This document shows positions 47,100-56,626 of a stretch of 64,000 nucleotides of DNA, one piece after another (the first letter of the stretch is position 1; the number at the start of each line of letters is the position of its first letter). The stretch lies in the NCBI GenBank assembly GCA_030018265.1, contig JASEFX010000006.1, forward strand, positions 23,476 to 87,475, given 5' to 3'. Below the pieces are notes generated by a model that was given only the letters and a program-made list of their open reading frames with translations, was not told the DNA's origin and did no database searches. This stretch comes from Candidatus Saccharicenans sp. Lineage in GTDB: Bacteria > Acidobacteriota > Aminicenantia > Aminicenantales > Saccharicenantaceae. The position numbers were made by a program, and so were the translations under genes.

Positions 47100-49730
47100 A
47101 TGAACTTAAAACCTCAGCCAGAAAGCCAGAAATTTATCAGGCTGGTTAACAACGTAGCAGTCTTAAGTCTGCTGCTCTTATTCCTGTTTCTTTCGGTGGT
47201 TTACGCCGCTTCGCCTGCCCGGCCGGAGCCGGAAGACAGGATCACCCCGCCCGAAACCTTCTTCGGTTTTCAGCCCGGAGCCGACCGAAAAATCGCTCGC
47301 TGGGACAGAATCGTTGATTATTTTTATCTTCTGGAGAAAGAAAGCCCGAAGATCAAAGTAATAAACCTGGGTCCGTCCACGATGGGACATCCTTTTCTTC
47401 TGGTGATCATCTCCTCGCCGGAAAACCTTAAAAATCTGGATAACATCAAAGAAATAAACCGAAAAATATCTGACCCGCGAAATGTCCCTCCGGAAGAAAT
47501 TCCAGAACTCATCGCGCGCGGCCGGGCAATCATCTGTCAGTCGATGAGTCTTCACGCCACGGAAATCGGCGGCACCCAGATGGCGCCTGAACTCGCTTAT
47601 GAGCTTCTGTCCGGTAGCGACCCGGAAACAGAAAAAATTCTCGAGAACGTCGTCTTCCTGATGATTCCCTGCTTCAACCCTGATGGGCAGGTCATGGTAA
47701 CCGACTGGTATTACAGAACGCTCGGAACGGAATATGAAGGTTCTTCTCTCCCTTATCTCTATCACAAATATGCCGGCCACGATAACAACCGGGATGGAGA
47801 ATTCCTCAACCTTCAGGAATCCCTGTACGCTGCCCGCATCCTTTATCGGGAATGGAATCCGCAGGCTTACGTCGACCACCATCATATGGGAAGTTATGGC
47901 CCTCGTCTTTACATCCCGCCGTACTGCGAACCGATCCGCCCTCATGCCGACCCGCTCATCTGGCGCGAGCTCGCCTGGTTTGGAAGTCACATGGCTTACC
48001 GGCTGGAAGAAGCAGGGAAAACCGGGGTTATCAACGATGCCATTTTCCCGGGCTGGGGTCATTTCGGCTGGCACTGGATTACTCCTTTCCATAACATTGC
48101 CGGAATGCTGACGGAATCGGCAAGCGCCCGGCTGGCAACGCCGATTTTCATCCATCCGGACCAGCTCCGCGGGGAATCGCGGGGGTTTCCCGCCTATGAA
48201 CCCCAGACAAACTTTCCCCATCCCTGGGAAGGAGGCTGGTGGCGTCTTCGAGACATAGCTGAGCAGCAGAAAATTGCCGCCAGAGCGGTCCTGGACCTGG
48301 CCGCCCGCCATCGCGAAACTCTTCTCCGCAACGCCTACCTTAAAGCTATAAGACAGATTGAACGAGGCGCCTCAGAAAAACCTGGAGCGCTGATAATTCC
48401 GGTTGACCAGCACGACCGACTGACGGCTATAAAAATGATCAACACGCTGCTGCTGAGCGGAATTGAGATTCACCGCCTGACCGCCAACCTTCGCGCTGAC
48501 GGAGTAATCTACCCGGCGGGATCCTTCGTCATTAACAAGGCTCAACCGAAGCGCGGTCTGATTAAAAACCTGCTCGAAAGGACGTTATATCCGGACAATT
48601 ACTGGACTCGTTCTTCCGACGGCCGCCCGCTACGCCCCTATGACCTGGCCACCCATACGATGGCTGAGTTCATGGGCGTGCGGGTGGAACAACTGACTGA
48701 TTTTCCGAAAGAAGGCCTGGAAGTAATAACTCAACCGATAAAACCGGAAGGAAAAATTTCTTCCGGACCGGCCGGTTACCGCCTTGACGGACGTCTCAAC
48801 GATTCGTTCCGGGCGGTCAGTCTGCTGCTCAGCAAAAAAATTAAAATCTTCCGGACCGACATCGATAAAGAAGATTTTAACTGTGGCGATTTCCTTATTC
48901 CGCTGGCTCCGCTTTCATTGCTTCGGGAGGTGGCTGCCGAAACCGGCGTTGATTTTCTCCCGCTGAAAAACATGCCAGCCAGCGGCTTTCATGAAGTTCG
49001 CAGGTTGAGGGTCGGGCTTTACCAGCGTTTTTACGGCGGTAACATGGATGAAGGCTGGACCCGGCTTCTTCTGGAAAAATTCAACCTGCCATACGTCACG
49101 ATAATGGATGCCGACATAAAAAGCGGCTCCCTTCCATCAAAAATAGACCTTTTAATTCTGCCAGCCGATTCGCCCTCGATAATTATGGGTGAAGCCGGCG
49201 GTGAATTTCGCCGCCTGGAAAACTTCCCGCCTGAATACCGGAGCGGTCTGGGGAAAGAAGGACTGGAGAAACTCAAGGAATTTGTCAGCCGTGGCGGAGC
49301 CCTGGTTTGCCTGGGCGCTTCCTGCAACCTGGCCATCGAAAAATTCGGGTTACAGCTTAAAAATGCGGTCACAGGACTCGATTCGCGAGAATTCTTCTGC
49401 CCGGGATCAACCCTGAAAGTTTCCTTCGACCGTCATAACCCTCTCGCCTACGGGCTTCCGGAAAAAGGGCTGGCTCTATTTTACGACAGTCCGGCTTTTT
49501 ACCTGCTCCCCGGCCAGGAGAGCGAAAAATATCGTGTTGTGGTCAGATATGAGGAGCGAGAACTTCTCCAGAGCGGCTGGCTCATCGGCGAAAAACACCT
49601 GAGCAAAAAAGCAGCCGTGGTGGAAGCAGTCTACGGCCGGGGACAGATCATACTGATAGGGTTGAGAGCCCAGCACCGGGCTCAAACCCACGGGACTTTC
49701 AAACTGCTTTTCAACACCATCATCCGATAG
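47100..49730 (+). CDS. secreted M14-family zinc carboxypeptidase-like protein with a large C-terminal extension
   Basis: 876 aa. GGAGG RBS, signal peptide (VAVLSLLLLFLFLSVVYAAS), HxxE zinc motif in SLHATEIGG, and a later HHHMGSYG. Confidence 0.75.
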   Translation: MNLKPQPESQKFIRLVNNVAVLSLLLLFLFLSVVYAASPARPEPEDRITPPETFFGFQPGADRKIARWDRIVDYFYLLEKESPKIKVINLGPSTMGHPFLLVIISSPENLKNLDNIKEINRKISDPRNVPPEEIPELIARGRAIICQSMSLHATEIGGTQMAPELAYELLSGSDPETEKILENVVFLMIPCFNPDGQVMVTDWYYRTLGTEYEGSSLPYLYHKYAGHDNNRDGEFLNLQESLYAARILYREWNPQAYVDHHHMGSYGPRLYIPPYCEPIRPHADPLIWRELAWFGSHMAYRLEEAGKTGVINDAIFPGWGHFGWHWITPFHNIAGMLTESASARLATPIFIHPDQLRGESRGFPAYEPQTNFPHPWEGGWWRLRDIAEQQKIAARAVLDLAARHRETLLRNAYLKAIRQIERGASEKPGALIIPVDQHDRLTAIKMINTLLLSGIEIHRLTANLRADGVIYPAGSFVINKAQPKRGLIKNLLERTLYPDNYWTRSSDGRPLRPYDLATHTMAEFMGVRVEQLTDFPKEGLEVITQPIKPEGKISSGPAGYRLDGRLNDSFRAVSLLLSKKIKIFRTDIDKEDFNCGDFLIPLAPLSLLREVAAETGVDFLPLKNMPASGFHEVRRLRVGLYQRFYGGNMDEGWTRLLLEKFNLPYVTIMDADIKSGSLPSKIDLLILPADSPSIIMGEAGGEFRRLENFPPEYRSGLGKEGLEKLKEFVSRGGALVCLGASCNLAIEKFGLQLKNAVTGLDSREFFCPGSTLKVSFDRHNPLAYGLPEKGLALFYDSPAFYLLPGQESEKYRVVVRYEERELLQSGWLIGEKHLSKKAAVVEAVYGRGQIILIGLRAQHRAQTHGTFKLLFNTIIR

Positions 49731-49739
49731 CCAGCAATT

Positions 49740-52535
49740 TCAATCATCATCCTGAACCAGGGTGACAGCCCATTCCGGGTAGGGTTCCTGTGACCCCCGG
49801 ACTGAATGCCAGATAATCCGGTTAAGAACCGTCTCCGGGCAGGCGTCAATCCTGGTGAAGTTCAATCTGGCGGAGATGAGTGCATTTTTTCTCAACGTCC
49901 GGTCGCTGATTTTCGCCGGCTCCGGGTTTAATTCATCCAGCGGAATACGGTTGGGTACAGCGTTAAAAGGCCGGAAATCGGGCTTTTCGGTAAAACATTC
50001 AAACATCGGCCTGGCGGCGGCGTCGAACTGATTCATCGGCGGCAGCCCGAGAATCTGCTCTATCGTGCGCAGAAGGCTGGTGGTGTTGTACTGAACGCTG
50101 ATGACCTCTCCCCTCTTTACGTATGGACCGGCCAGGTAAGCGGTCGTCCGGTAACCACTAACATGGTCAAATCCATTCTGAGGGTCGTCTTCTATGGCCA
50201 TGATGAGCATCTCTTTCCAGAAAATGCTGTGGCTGAAAGCTTCGACAATCTGACCGAAGGCCAGGTCGTTGTCGGCCACGGCTGCTCGCGGGGTGGGCAT
50301 CCCCGGCTTTGTGCCGCTCGTATGGTCGTTCGGAAGACAGATCAACACCAGCCGGGGCATTTCTCCTTTTTCTTCCCATTCCTTAATTTTTCTCCTGATG
50401 AAACGGGCGCGCCAGACATCAGGAACTTCCATACTCCAGCCGACATAATCGGTTGAGGTGAAACTGGCAATAGAGGGAATTCCTGGCTGGCTGCCTATCC
50501 TGACCTCCCCTTTTTCGTAAAGGTACTCATGCCAGAAATCCAGCCAGCCAGGCGAACCCGGTCGTTTCGGGTCAGCCCAGCCGATGTCGGGCATGGCAAA
50601 CTCCCCGAAATTCCAGATGTTTATGCCGTGTTTTAAACAGTTGTCCCAGATAAAACCGGTTGGCGCGTAAGCCAGAGCGTCCACCTCATCAGGTCCCATG
50701 CCGTCCGGATAGCTTCTCGGCCAGCCGGCAAAGGACTTTTCTAAGTAATCGGTTCCGAAAGCGGTCGTCGACCATTGATGGCCGTCGGCGCTCAGGATAC
50801 CGCTGCAGTAAGTGTTATCGAGAAGTACAAACTCCCTGACCAGCCGGTGCTGATTCGGGGTAACTTCTTCACCGAAAACACAGAGCGATGGATTTCCGTT
50901 TCCTTCCGGCACGTCTCCAAGAATCTGATCGTAGGTGCGATTTTCTTTTATTATGTAGACTATATACTTGATGAGAGAAGGCTCTCCTATCCTTTCCGGA
51001 ACGGGCTTCGGCCGGGCCTGGGGTTTTGGTTTTTCCAGAGCATCGATGATTCTTTCCCGGTGAAAATTTCTGAAAACCGCCTCGGTCAACTGCCGCAGTT
51101 CCTTCTTGCCGGGAAGATGAAAAACCGAAATTGAACCACAATACTGATGGCTGTTAAAACCGGTAAGTCCGCTGGATTCCTCCGTTCGGGGCCTGACCGG
51201 CAAACCTTTGAGATTAGCCACCCACAAGCGTCTATTGTTTCTATCCCAGGCAAGACCTGCCGGAAACCAGCCAGCTGGAATTAAACCTTTCAGCTGAGAT
51301 TTTTTCTTTTCCGGGCGGAACTCTATGACCGCCACCGCATTCTGGGTACCGTTGGCCGCCAGGAGCGTCCGGCCATCAGGGAGAAAGCAGAGGGCGTTGG
51401 GTGACGACCCGAACAGGTCAGCCGGACTGCGTTTAACCCAGATGGTTTCCACCACCTGATTGGTTAAAGTGTCTATCACACTCAGGTTGTCAGAGGCGGC
51501 GTTGGCGCAGACCAGATAGCGTCCGGAAGGCGAAAGCGCCATAGCCGAAGAGTGCAGATGCACCAGGATTTCTTTAAGCGTGTGCCCGGTCTTCAGGTCA
51601 ATGACAGAAACCGAGCCCTCGCAGGCGATGAATTTTTCCGGGTCGACACGAACCTCCATTCCTCTACCGGCGGGTCCCGTGAGGTCGCCCGGAGCTGGAC
51701 GTCTCCCTCCCCAGTTGCTGACGTAGGCCAGATCGCCTTTAATAACAACATCGTAAGGAGCAACCCCTACCGGGAAAGTGCGCATAAGGCGACCGCTGGA
51801 TACTTCTATTTCCAGCAGCTGGTTGGAAAGATTGCCGCAAACATAAAGCTTCTTCCCATCCTGGCTGAAGGCCAGCCCGGCCGGAATTTCTTCTTTTCTC
51901 CGGGGAGCGCTGGCCGGCGGGAGGGGAATTGTATGTGAAGGTTTAACCTGGCCGTCGGAAGAAATGGAGAAAATCTTCAGGCTGCCGTTCACATTGCTCA
52001 TATAAATCTGCCTTCCATCCGGAGAGAAAATCAGGCCGGCATAGCTCATCTGACCGGTGGTATCAGGTTCGAGAATTTTTTCTGAGAGACTTTCCGGAAG
52101 CGGCTCATTCAGATGTTCAGGTGGCAGGACAACCTTTTGAAGAATTTTAAGGTCAATCGGATCTATAATCAGAAGTTCGCTGCTTTTGCCGGAAACTGCC
52201 ACCAGCTTTCCATCGGGAGAAATTGCCATACCCAGCGGTCTGAGGCCAGGTAGCTGAATCTGTTTTCCATAAGGCTCAACCGTCTGGTTAACGGGAAGGA
52301 TCATCCGGCCGGAAAATTCAACTCCAACTTTTTCTTCCGTTCCTGACAATTCTTTCTGCCGGTTACAGATTGTGAAAAGAAGAACTGTTATTACCAGAAT
52401 AACAATAAAAAAGAGTCCGCAGGCAACCAGCTGCCTGAAATTGATGACTCCAGCCATTATCATCCTGCCACTGCCGGATTCTTTTCTTTGTGATGCTATC
52501 ATGCCTGCTTCGCTTTTTCGATTAATCAAGAACAA
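49740..52535 (-). CDS. membrane-anchored beta-propeller (YncE/YVTN-like) fused to a PLC/AcpA-type phosphoesterase domain
   Basis: 931 aa with a TM anchor (LVACGLFFIVILVITVLLF), repeated SPDG/xxDG...L(Y/V)V propeller blades, then IVYIIKENRTYDQILGD and ICLPNDHTSG typical of the phosphoesterase (PF04185-like) family. Confidence 0.75.
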   Translation of the reverse strand: MFLINRKSEAGMIASQRKESGSGRMIMAGVINFRQLVACGLFFIVILVITVLLFTICNRQKELSGTEEKVGVEFSGRMILPVNQTVEPYGKQIQLPGLRPLGMAISPDGKLVAVSGKSSELLIIDPIDLKILQKVVLPPEHLNEPLPESLSEKILEPDTTGQMSYAGLIFSPDGRQIYMSNVNGSLKIFSISSDGQVKPSHTIPLPPASAPRRKEEIPAGLAFSQDGKKLYVCGNLSNQLLEIEVSSGRLMRTFPVGVAPYDVVIKGDLAYVSNWGGRRPAPGDLTGPAGRGMEVRVDPEKFIACEGSVSVIDLKTGHTLKEILVHLHSSAMALSPSGRYLVCANAASDNLSVIDTLTNQVVETIWVKRSPADLFGSSPNALCFLPDGRTLLAANGTQNAVAVIEFRPEKKKSQLKGLIPAGWFPAGLAWDRNNRRLWVANLKGLPVRPRTEESSGLTGFNSHQYCGSISVFHLPGKKELRQLTEAVFRNFHRERIIDALEKPKPQARPKPVPERIGEPSLIKYIVYIIKENRTYDQILGDVPEGNGNPSLCVFGEEVTPNQHRLVREFVLLDNTYCSGILSADGHQWSTTAFGTDYLEKSFAGWPRSYPDGMGPDEVDALAYAPTGFIWDNCLKHGINIWNFGEFAMPDIGWADPKRPGSPGWLDFWHEYLYEKGEVRIGSQPGIPSIASFTSTDYVGWSMEVPDVWRARFIRRKIKEWEEKGEMPRLVLICLPNDHTSGTKPGMPTPRAAVADNDLAFGQIVEAFSHSIFWKEMLIMAIEDDPQNGFDHVSGYRTTAYLAGPYVKRGEVISVQYNTTSLLRTIEQILGLPPMNQFDAAARPMFECFTEKPDFRPFNAVPNRIPLDELNPEPAKISDRTLRKNALISARLNFTRIDACPETVLNRIIWHSVRGSQEPYPEWAVTLVQDDD

Positions 52536-52707
52536 TGCTATTAAACGTGGCTCACGAAAGTCAATTAAATTTAACTGAGTCCTCCAGGAAGACTCAAAAT
52601 ATTCTCGAAAGGCAGATTTTAATTAAAGCTCGTCGATTCAATCCGCTGATATTCTAAGGAGGAAAATAAGAGGCACAGCTACCAGCATCAAAAAATCGGA
52701 CGCAGGT

Positions 52708-52735
52708 TTGTTTTCTGTCAGGTGAAATGTATAAT
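52708..52735 (+). promoter_or_regulatory. candidate sigma70-type promoter of the alpha-galactosidase gene
   Basis: TTGTTT (52708-52713), 16-nt spacer, perfect TATAAT (52730-52735), 30 nt upstream of the ATG at 52765. Confidence 0.45.
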
Positions 52736-52764
52736 TAGCAGAAAAACTTAAAGAGAGGCTTAAA

Positions 52765-55302
52765 ATGAGAGCAAAATTCTCCGGAAAGCCTGAAAGTCTA
52801 ATGTCATTATTATTTATCCTGATGCTTACCGCCCTGTTTTTTATTTTCGGGACCGCCTGTGAAAAAAAACCCCGCCCGGCGGCAGAAGCGGAAAAGACCT
52901 CAGCCAGACTGCCAGAACAGTTTCCGGCAAGAATTCATGACTCGAACAACCCGGATCTGATGATTATGACTCTGGGCGAGGTCCACTCTCCCCTTTCCAG
53001 CGGTACTTTCTATCCTTATGAGGACCGTTTTGTTTTCAAAGACGGTGGTGAAATAAAAAATTATTTCAGGGAAAAACTCAGCATCAAGTATTACCGGCCG
53101 ATAGACAAGAGCTCTTTCCCGCTTCCCCCTTCCGGCTGGTGTTCATGGTACTACTACTATCAGGAAATAAATCAGGAAGAAGTGAAAAAGAATGCCACCT
53201 GGCTGGCGCAGAATCTGAAGGACTACGGAGCGACCTGCTGTCAGATTGACGACGGCTGGCAGGGAAGCGGTCGAGGACTGGGAGAAAATCGCGACTGGAC
53301 CACCATCAACGACCGCTTTTCAGAGGGCATGGACAGCCTGGCCAGATTCATCAAAAGCCTCGGCCTGGTTCCCGGACTCTGGCTTGCTCCCCACGGGCAG
53401 AGCAATGAACTGGTGGTAAAGAAATCCGGAGCTTTTCTGCTTACGACGGAGGGAAAATCTGTCTCCTCCACCTGGGAAGGGAAATATTTGCTTGACCCTT
53501 CTAAACCTGAAGCCCATGACTATTTAAGAGACCTTTTCACCCGTCTTTCTCGCGACTGGGGCTATGAATACTTCAAGATCGACGGACAGCCGATTGTGGT
53601 AAACGAGTACAGAAAACACAGGAATCTGATTAACTCTCCGGATAACCCCGAAACCCTCTACCGCCGGACTCTCGAAACCATAAGGGAAGCTATCGGACCT
53701 CAGCGCTATCTTCTTGGCTGCTGGGGAATTCCGCTCGAGGGCGCCGGCATCATGAACGGTTCGCGAACGGGCGGCGATGTCGTTCCCGCCTGGGAAGGTT
53801 TTCTTACGGCCGTTGAGGCCACGATGAACTATTATTTTCTCCACAACATCGTCTGGTATTGCGACCCGGATGTCATGCTCGTCCGCTATCCGCTTACCTT
53901 AGAGATGGCTCGAGCCTGGGCCACACTTCAGGGGCTCACCGGACAGGCTCTCCTTGCGTCCGACCGGATGTATGACCTGCCGGAAGAAAGGGTGGAAATA
54001 CTCAGAAGAGTTTTCCCGGCAGTCGACGTCAGACCTTTTGACCTTTTCCCCTCAAAACGGTTCAAGCGGATCTGGGACCTGAAGATAAATCATCTCGGCC
54101 GCGTTTACGATGTGGTTGGATGTTTCAACTACGACCGGGATAAAACGGCCGGAATTCTCCTGCGGTGGCAGGACCTCGGACTCGAAGAGAACAGTCTTTA
54201 TCACGTTTACGACTTCTGGAACCGGGAATACTTAGGCTGCTGGCCGGCCGGGTTCTATGTGGAAGTTCCGCCGGCGGGGGTCAGGGTTTTAACCCTGATG
54301 AAAGACAGCGGTGAGCCTTTGCTGCTTTCCACCTCCCGCCATATCACCCAGGGCTGGGTGGATTTAAGGTCGCTTTCCGGCGACAGCGAAAAGCTGGTCA
54401 TCTCCGGAAAAAGCCAGGTTATAAAAAAAGACCCCTACGAACTCCGTTTTGCTTTTCCCCGGAACCAGCGCAACCTGAGAATAAAAAGAGTCGAAGCTCC
54501 CGGTTATGCTGTCAGTTTCAAAAATTACGATGGCTGGGCTACCGTGAGCATCATGAGCCAGTCCACCGATGAGGTTTCCTGGGAAGTATATTTTGAAAAA
54601 GGTGAAGTGTACAACTTTCCGCCACAGGAACCGAGCGGATTACAGGCCAGCCTCAAAGGCCTTAACAGTGTATTTCTTGAGTGGAATCCTCTTTACTATC
54701 TGAACGCCGGCTATTATGTCTACGTAGACGGGAAACTTTACCTTTACACACCGGTCAACCGCTGTTTGGTTTCCGGCCTCGACCCATCAAAGGAACATCT
54801 GTTTGAAGTGAGAACGGTCTGGCTCGACGGCACAGCCAGCGAAAAAACCGCATCCCTGAAATTCCAGCCGGCCGGACACCTGGCGGAAGAAATTTATCTC
54901 TCCGACCTTGAGCCTGAAGTCCTTACCGCCGGCTGGGGATTCCCGCAGATGGACAGAGCTCTGAGCGGCGGGCCTTTGAAGATTGGAAATAAAGTTTACC
55001 AGAAGGGCATTGGCACCCATGCCAGCTCAGAAATCATTTTCGACATCGGCGGCCTGTTCAAAAAATTTCAGGCAGACGTCGGTCTCGACGCCGGCTCGCG
55101 CGGAAAGGGCTCAGTCGAGTTTAAGGTGTTCGGCGACGACCATCTGCTCTGGAAAAGCGGCCTGATCAAAGGAGAGACCGGTCCCCGCAAAGTATCCTTA
55201 TCGATCCCGGGTGTTAAAAAACTGCGGCTGGTGGTGGAGGACGGCGGTGACGGCATTGACTACGACCACGCTGACTGGGCAGAAGCCCGCGTCATAAGAT
55301 AG
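52765..55302 (+). CDS. alpha-galactosidase-like glycoside hydrolase (GH27/GH36 clan) with FN3-like and C-terminal NPCBM domains
   Basis: 845 aa with a lipoprotein-like signal (FIFGTAC). The catalytic region has SGWCSWYYYYQ and CQIDDGWQ. The C-terminal ~140 aa (YLSDLEP...GIGTHASSEI...YDHADWAEARV) match the NPCBM layout. Confidence 0.75.
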   Translation: MRAKFSGKPESLMSLLFILMLTALFFIFGTACEKKPRPAAEAEKTSARLPEQFPARIHDSNNPDLMIMTLGEVHSPLSSGTFYPYEDRFVFKDGGEIKNYFREKLSIKYYRPIDKSSFPLPPSGWCSWYYYYQEINQEEVKKNATWLAQNLKDYGATCCQIDDGWQGSGRGLGENRDWTTINDRFSEGMDSLARFIKSLGLVPGLWLAPHGQSNELVVKKSGAFLLTTEGKSVSSTWEGKYLLDPSKPEAHDYLRDLFTRLSRDWGYEYFKIDGQPIVVNEYRKHRNLINSPDNPETLYRRTLETIREAIGPQRYLLGCWGIPLEGAGIMNGSRTGGDVVPAWEGFLTAVEATMNYYFLHNIVWYCDPDVMLVRYPLTLEMARAWATLQGLTGQALLASDRMYDLPEERVEILRRVFPAVDVRPFDLFPSKRFKRIWDLKINHLGRVYDVVGCFNYDRDKTAGILLRWQDLGLEENSLYHVYDFWNREYLGCWPAGFYVEVPPAGVRVLTLMKDSGEPLLLSTSRHITQGWVDLRSLSGDSEKLVISGKSQVIKKDPYELRFAFPRNQRNLRIKRVEAPGYAVSFKNYDGWATVSIMSQSTDEVSWEVYFEKGEVYNFPPQEPSGLQASLKGLNSVFLEWNPLYYLNAGYYVYVDGKLYLYTPVNRCLVSGLDPSKEHLFEVRTVWLDGTASEKTASLKFQPAGHLAEEIYLSDLEPEVLTAGWGFPQMDRALSGGPLKIGNKVYQKGIGTHASSEIIFDIGGLFKKFQADVGLDAGSRGKGSVEFKVFGDDHLLWKSGLIKGETGPRKVSLSIPGVKKLRLVVEDGGDGIDYDHADWAEARVIR

Positions 55303-55630
55303 GCGCGGCAGGGGCGCAGTTTAACCTGCAGGCCAGGCTTTTTTGCAGCCTGATAGCTTACAGGCATTTTCTTCGCTCAGCAGACAATCGTTAAAAGCTT
55401 CTAACACTTCCACTAAAAATTCTAAAGGCAATCTTCTGATTCTTTATGATGGTAGAACCTTCTTTTATATCCCGGTTCTACTTTCCCTTCCCCCTGTGTT
55501 TACTTTTTGTCTGCTTCTGGTCTACTTTTGTTTTTTACATTATTTCTGCTTTTGATTATTGCCAGACACCTGCAAAATTTAATTATTTTCAGACAAAGAA
55601 AAAACTGATCTTCCGGAAAAAAGAAGCCTT

Positions 55631-56626
55631 TTATTTCCTGATCGGGAAGTGAATTTCCGTTTTCTCTTCTGAGCGGTCGGTGGCCGGAGGCGGCTCTGGC
55701 GAAAGACGGGAAATTTCCGCCCGCAGTTCTTCTGTCATCTCAATATCGGCAGCAGCCAGAGCATCCCGGAGCTGGTCGACATTCCGGGCTCCGATGATCG
55801 GCGCGGTTACCGCCGGGTGGCTTCCAGCCCAGGCAATGGCCAGGCTCACCGGGTGGTAACCATGTGCCCGGGCAAACTCAGTGAATTTTTCCGCCACCTC
55901 ATACATCCATTCCTCGCCGTATCGCACCTGGTAGATTTTATTTTCCGCCAGTCGACCGGAAGCGGGCCTCTCTCCCCTCCGGTATTTTCCTGAAAGAAGC
56001 CCGGCGGCCAGCGGACTGTAAGCCAGCACCCCGAGCTTTTCAGCCTGAGCCATCGGCAGGATTTCCACCTCAGCCTGTCTTTTTACCAGATTGTACATCG
56101 GCTGGATACAGGCCACCGGAGCAAACCCGTGGAGAGCGGCCAGTCCGATGGCTTTTTCCACCTGCCAGGCGCTGAAGTTGCTCAAACCGATGTACAGAAT
56201 TTTCCCCTGATGAACCAGGTCATCCAGAGCTCTCAGGGTTTCTTCCAGTGGAGTGATGTCGTCAAAGCGGTGGATAAAATAAATATCGATGCGGTCGGTC
56301 CCGAGCCGGCGAAGACTTCCCTCAACCGCATACATAATATGCCGGCGATTGGCCCCGATCGCATTGATGTCAGGACCGGTCGGGAAATAAACCTTGCTGG
56401 TGATGATGACTTCCTCCCGGCAGTCTTTGATCAACCGCCCGAGAATTTCCTCCGAGCGTCCCCGGGCGTAAAGGTCAGCGCAATCGAAGATGTTCACACC
56501 TTTTTCCCGGCAGAGAGCAAACATTTCAGCCGATGTTTTCTCGTCTGCTTCAGCTCCAAAGGACATCGTCCCGAAACAGAGTTCGGAAATTTTGATTCCG
56601 GTTTGACCGAGATTTTTGTATTTCAT
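55631..56626 (-). CDS. aldo/keto reductase
   Basis: True start is the Met at 56626 (MKYKNLGQTGIKISELCFGTMSFG), with GGAGG 5 nt upstream. The track ORF extends to 56776 inside the GH3 gene. LGTDRIDIYFIHRFD motif. Confidence 0.9.
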   Translation of the reverse strand: MKYKNLGQTGIKISELCFGTMSFGAEADEKTSAEMFALCREKGVNIFDCADLYARGRSEEILGRLIKDCREEVIITSKVYFPTGPDINAIGANRRHIMYAVEGSLRRLGTDRIDIYFIHRFDDITPLEETLRALDDLVHQGKILYIGLSNFSAWQVEKAIGLAALHGFAPVACIQPMYNLVKRQAEVEILPMAQAEKLGVLAYSPLAAGLLSGKYRRGERPASGRLAENKIYQVRYGEEWMYEVAEKFTEFARAHGYHPVSLAIAWAGSHPAVTAPIIGARNVDQLRDALAAADIEMTEELRAEISRLSPEPPPATDRSEEKTEIHFPIRK

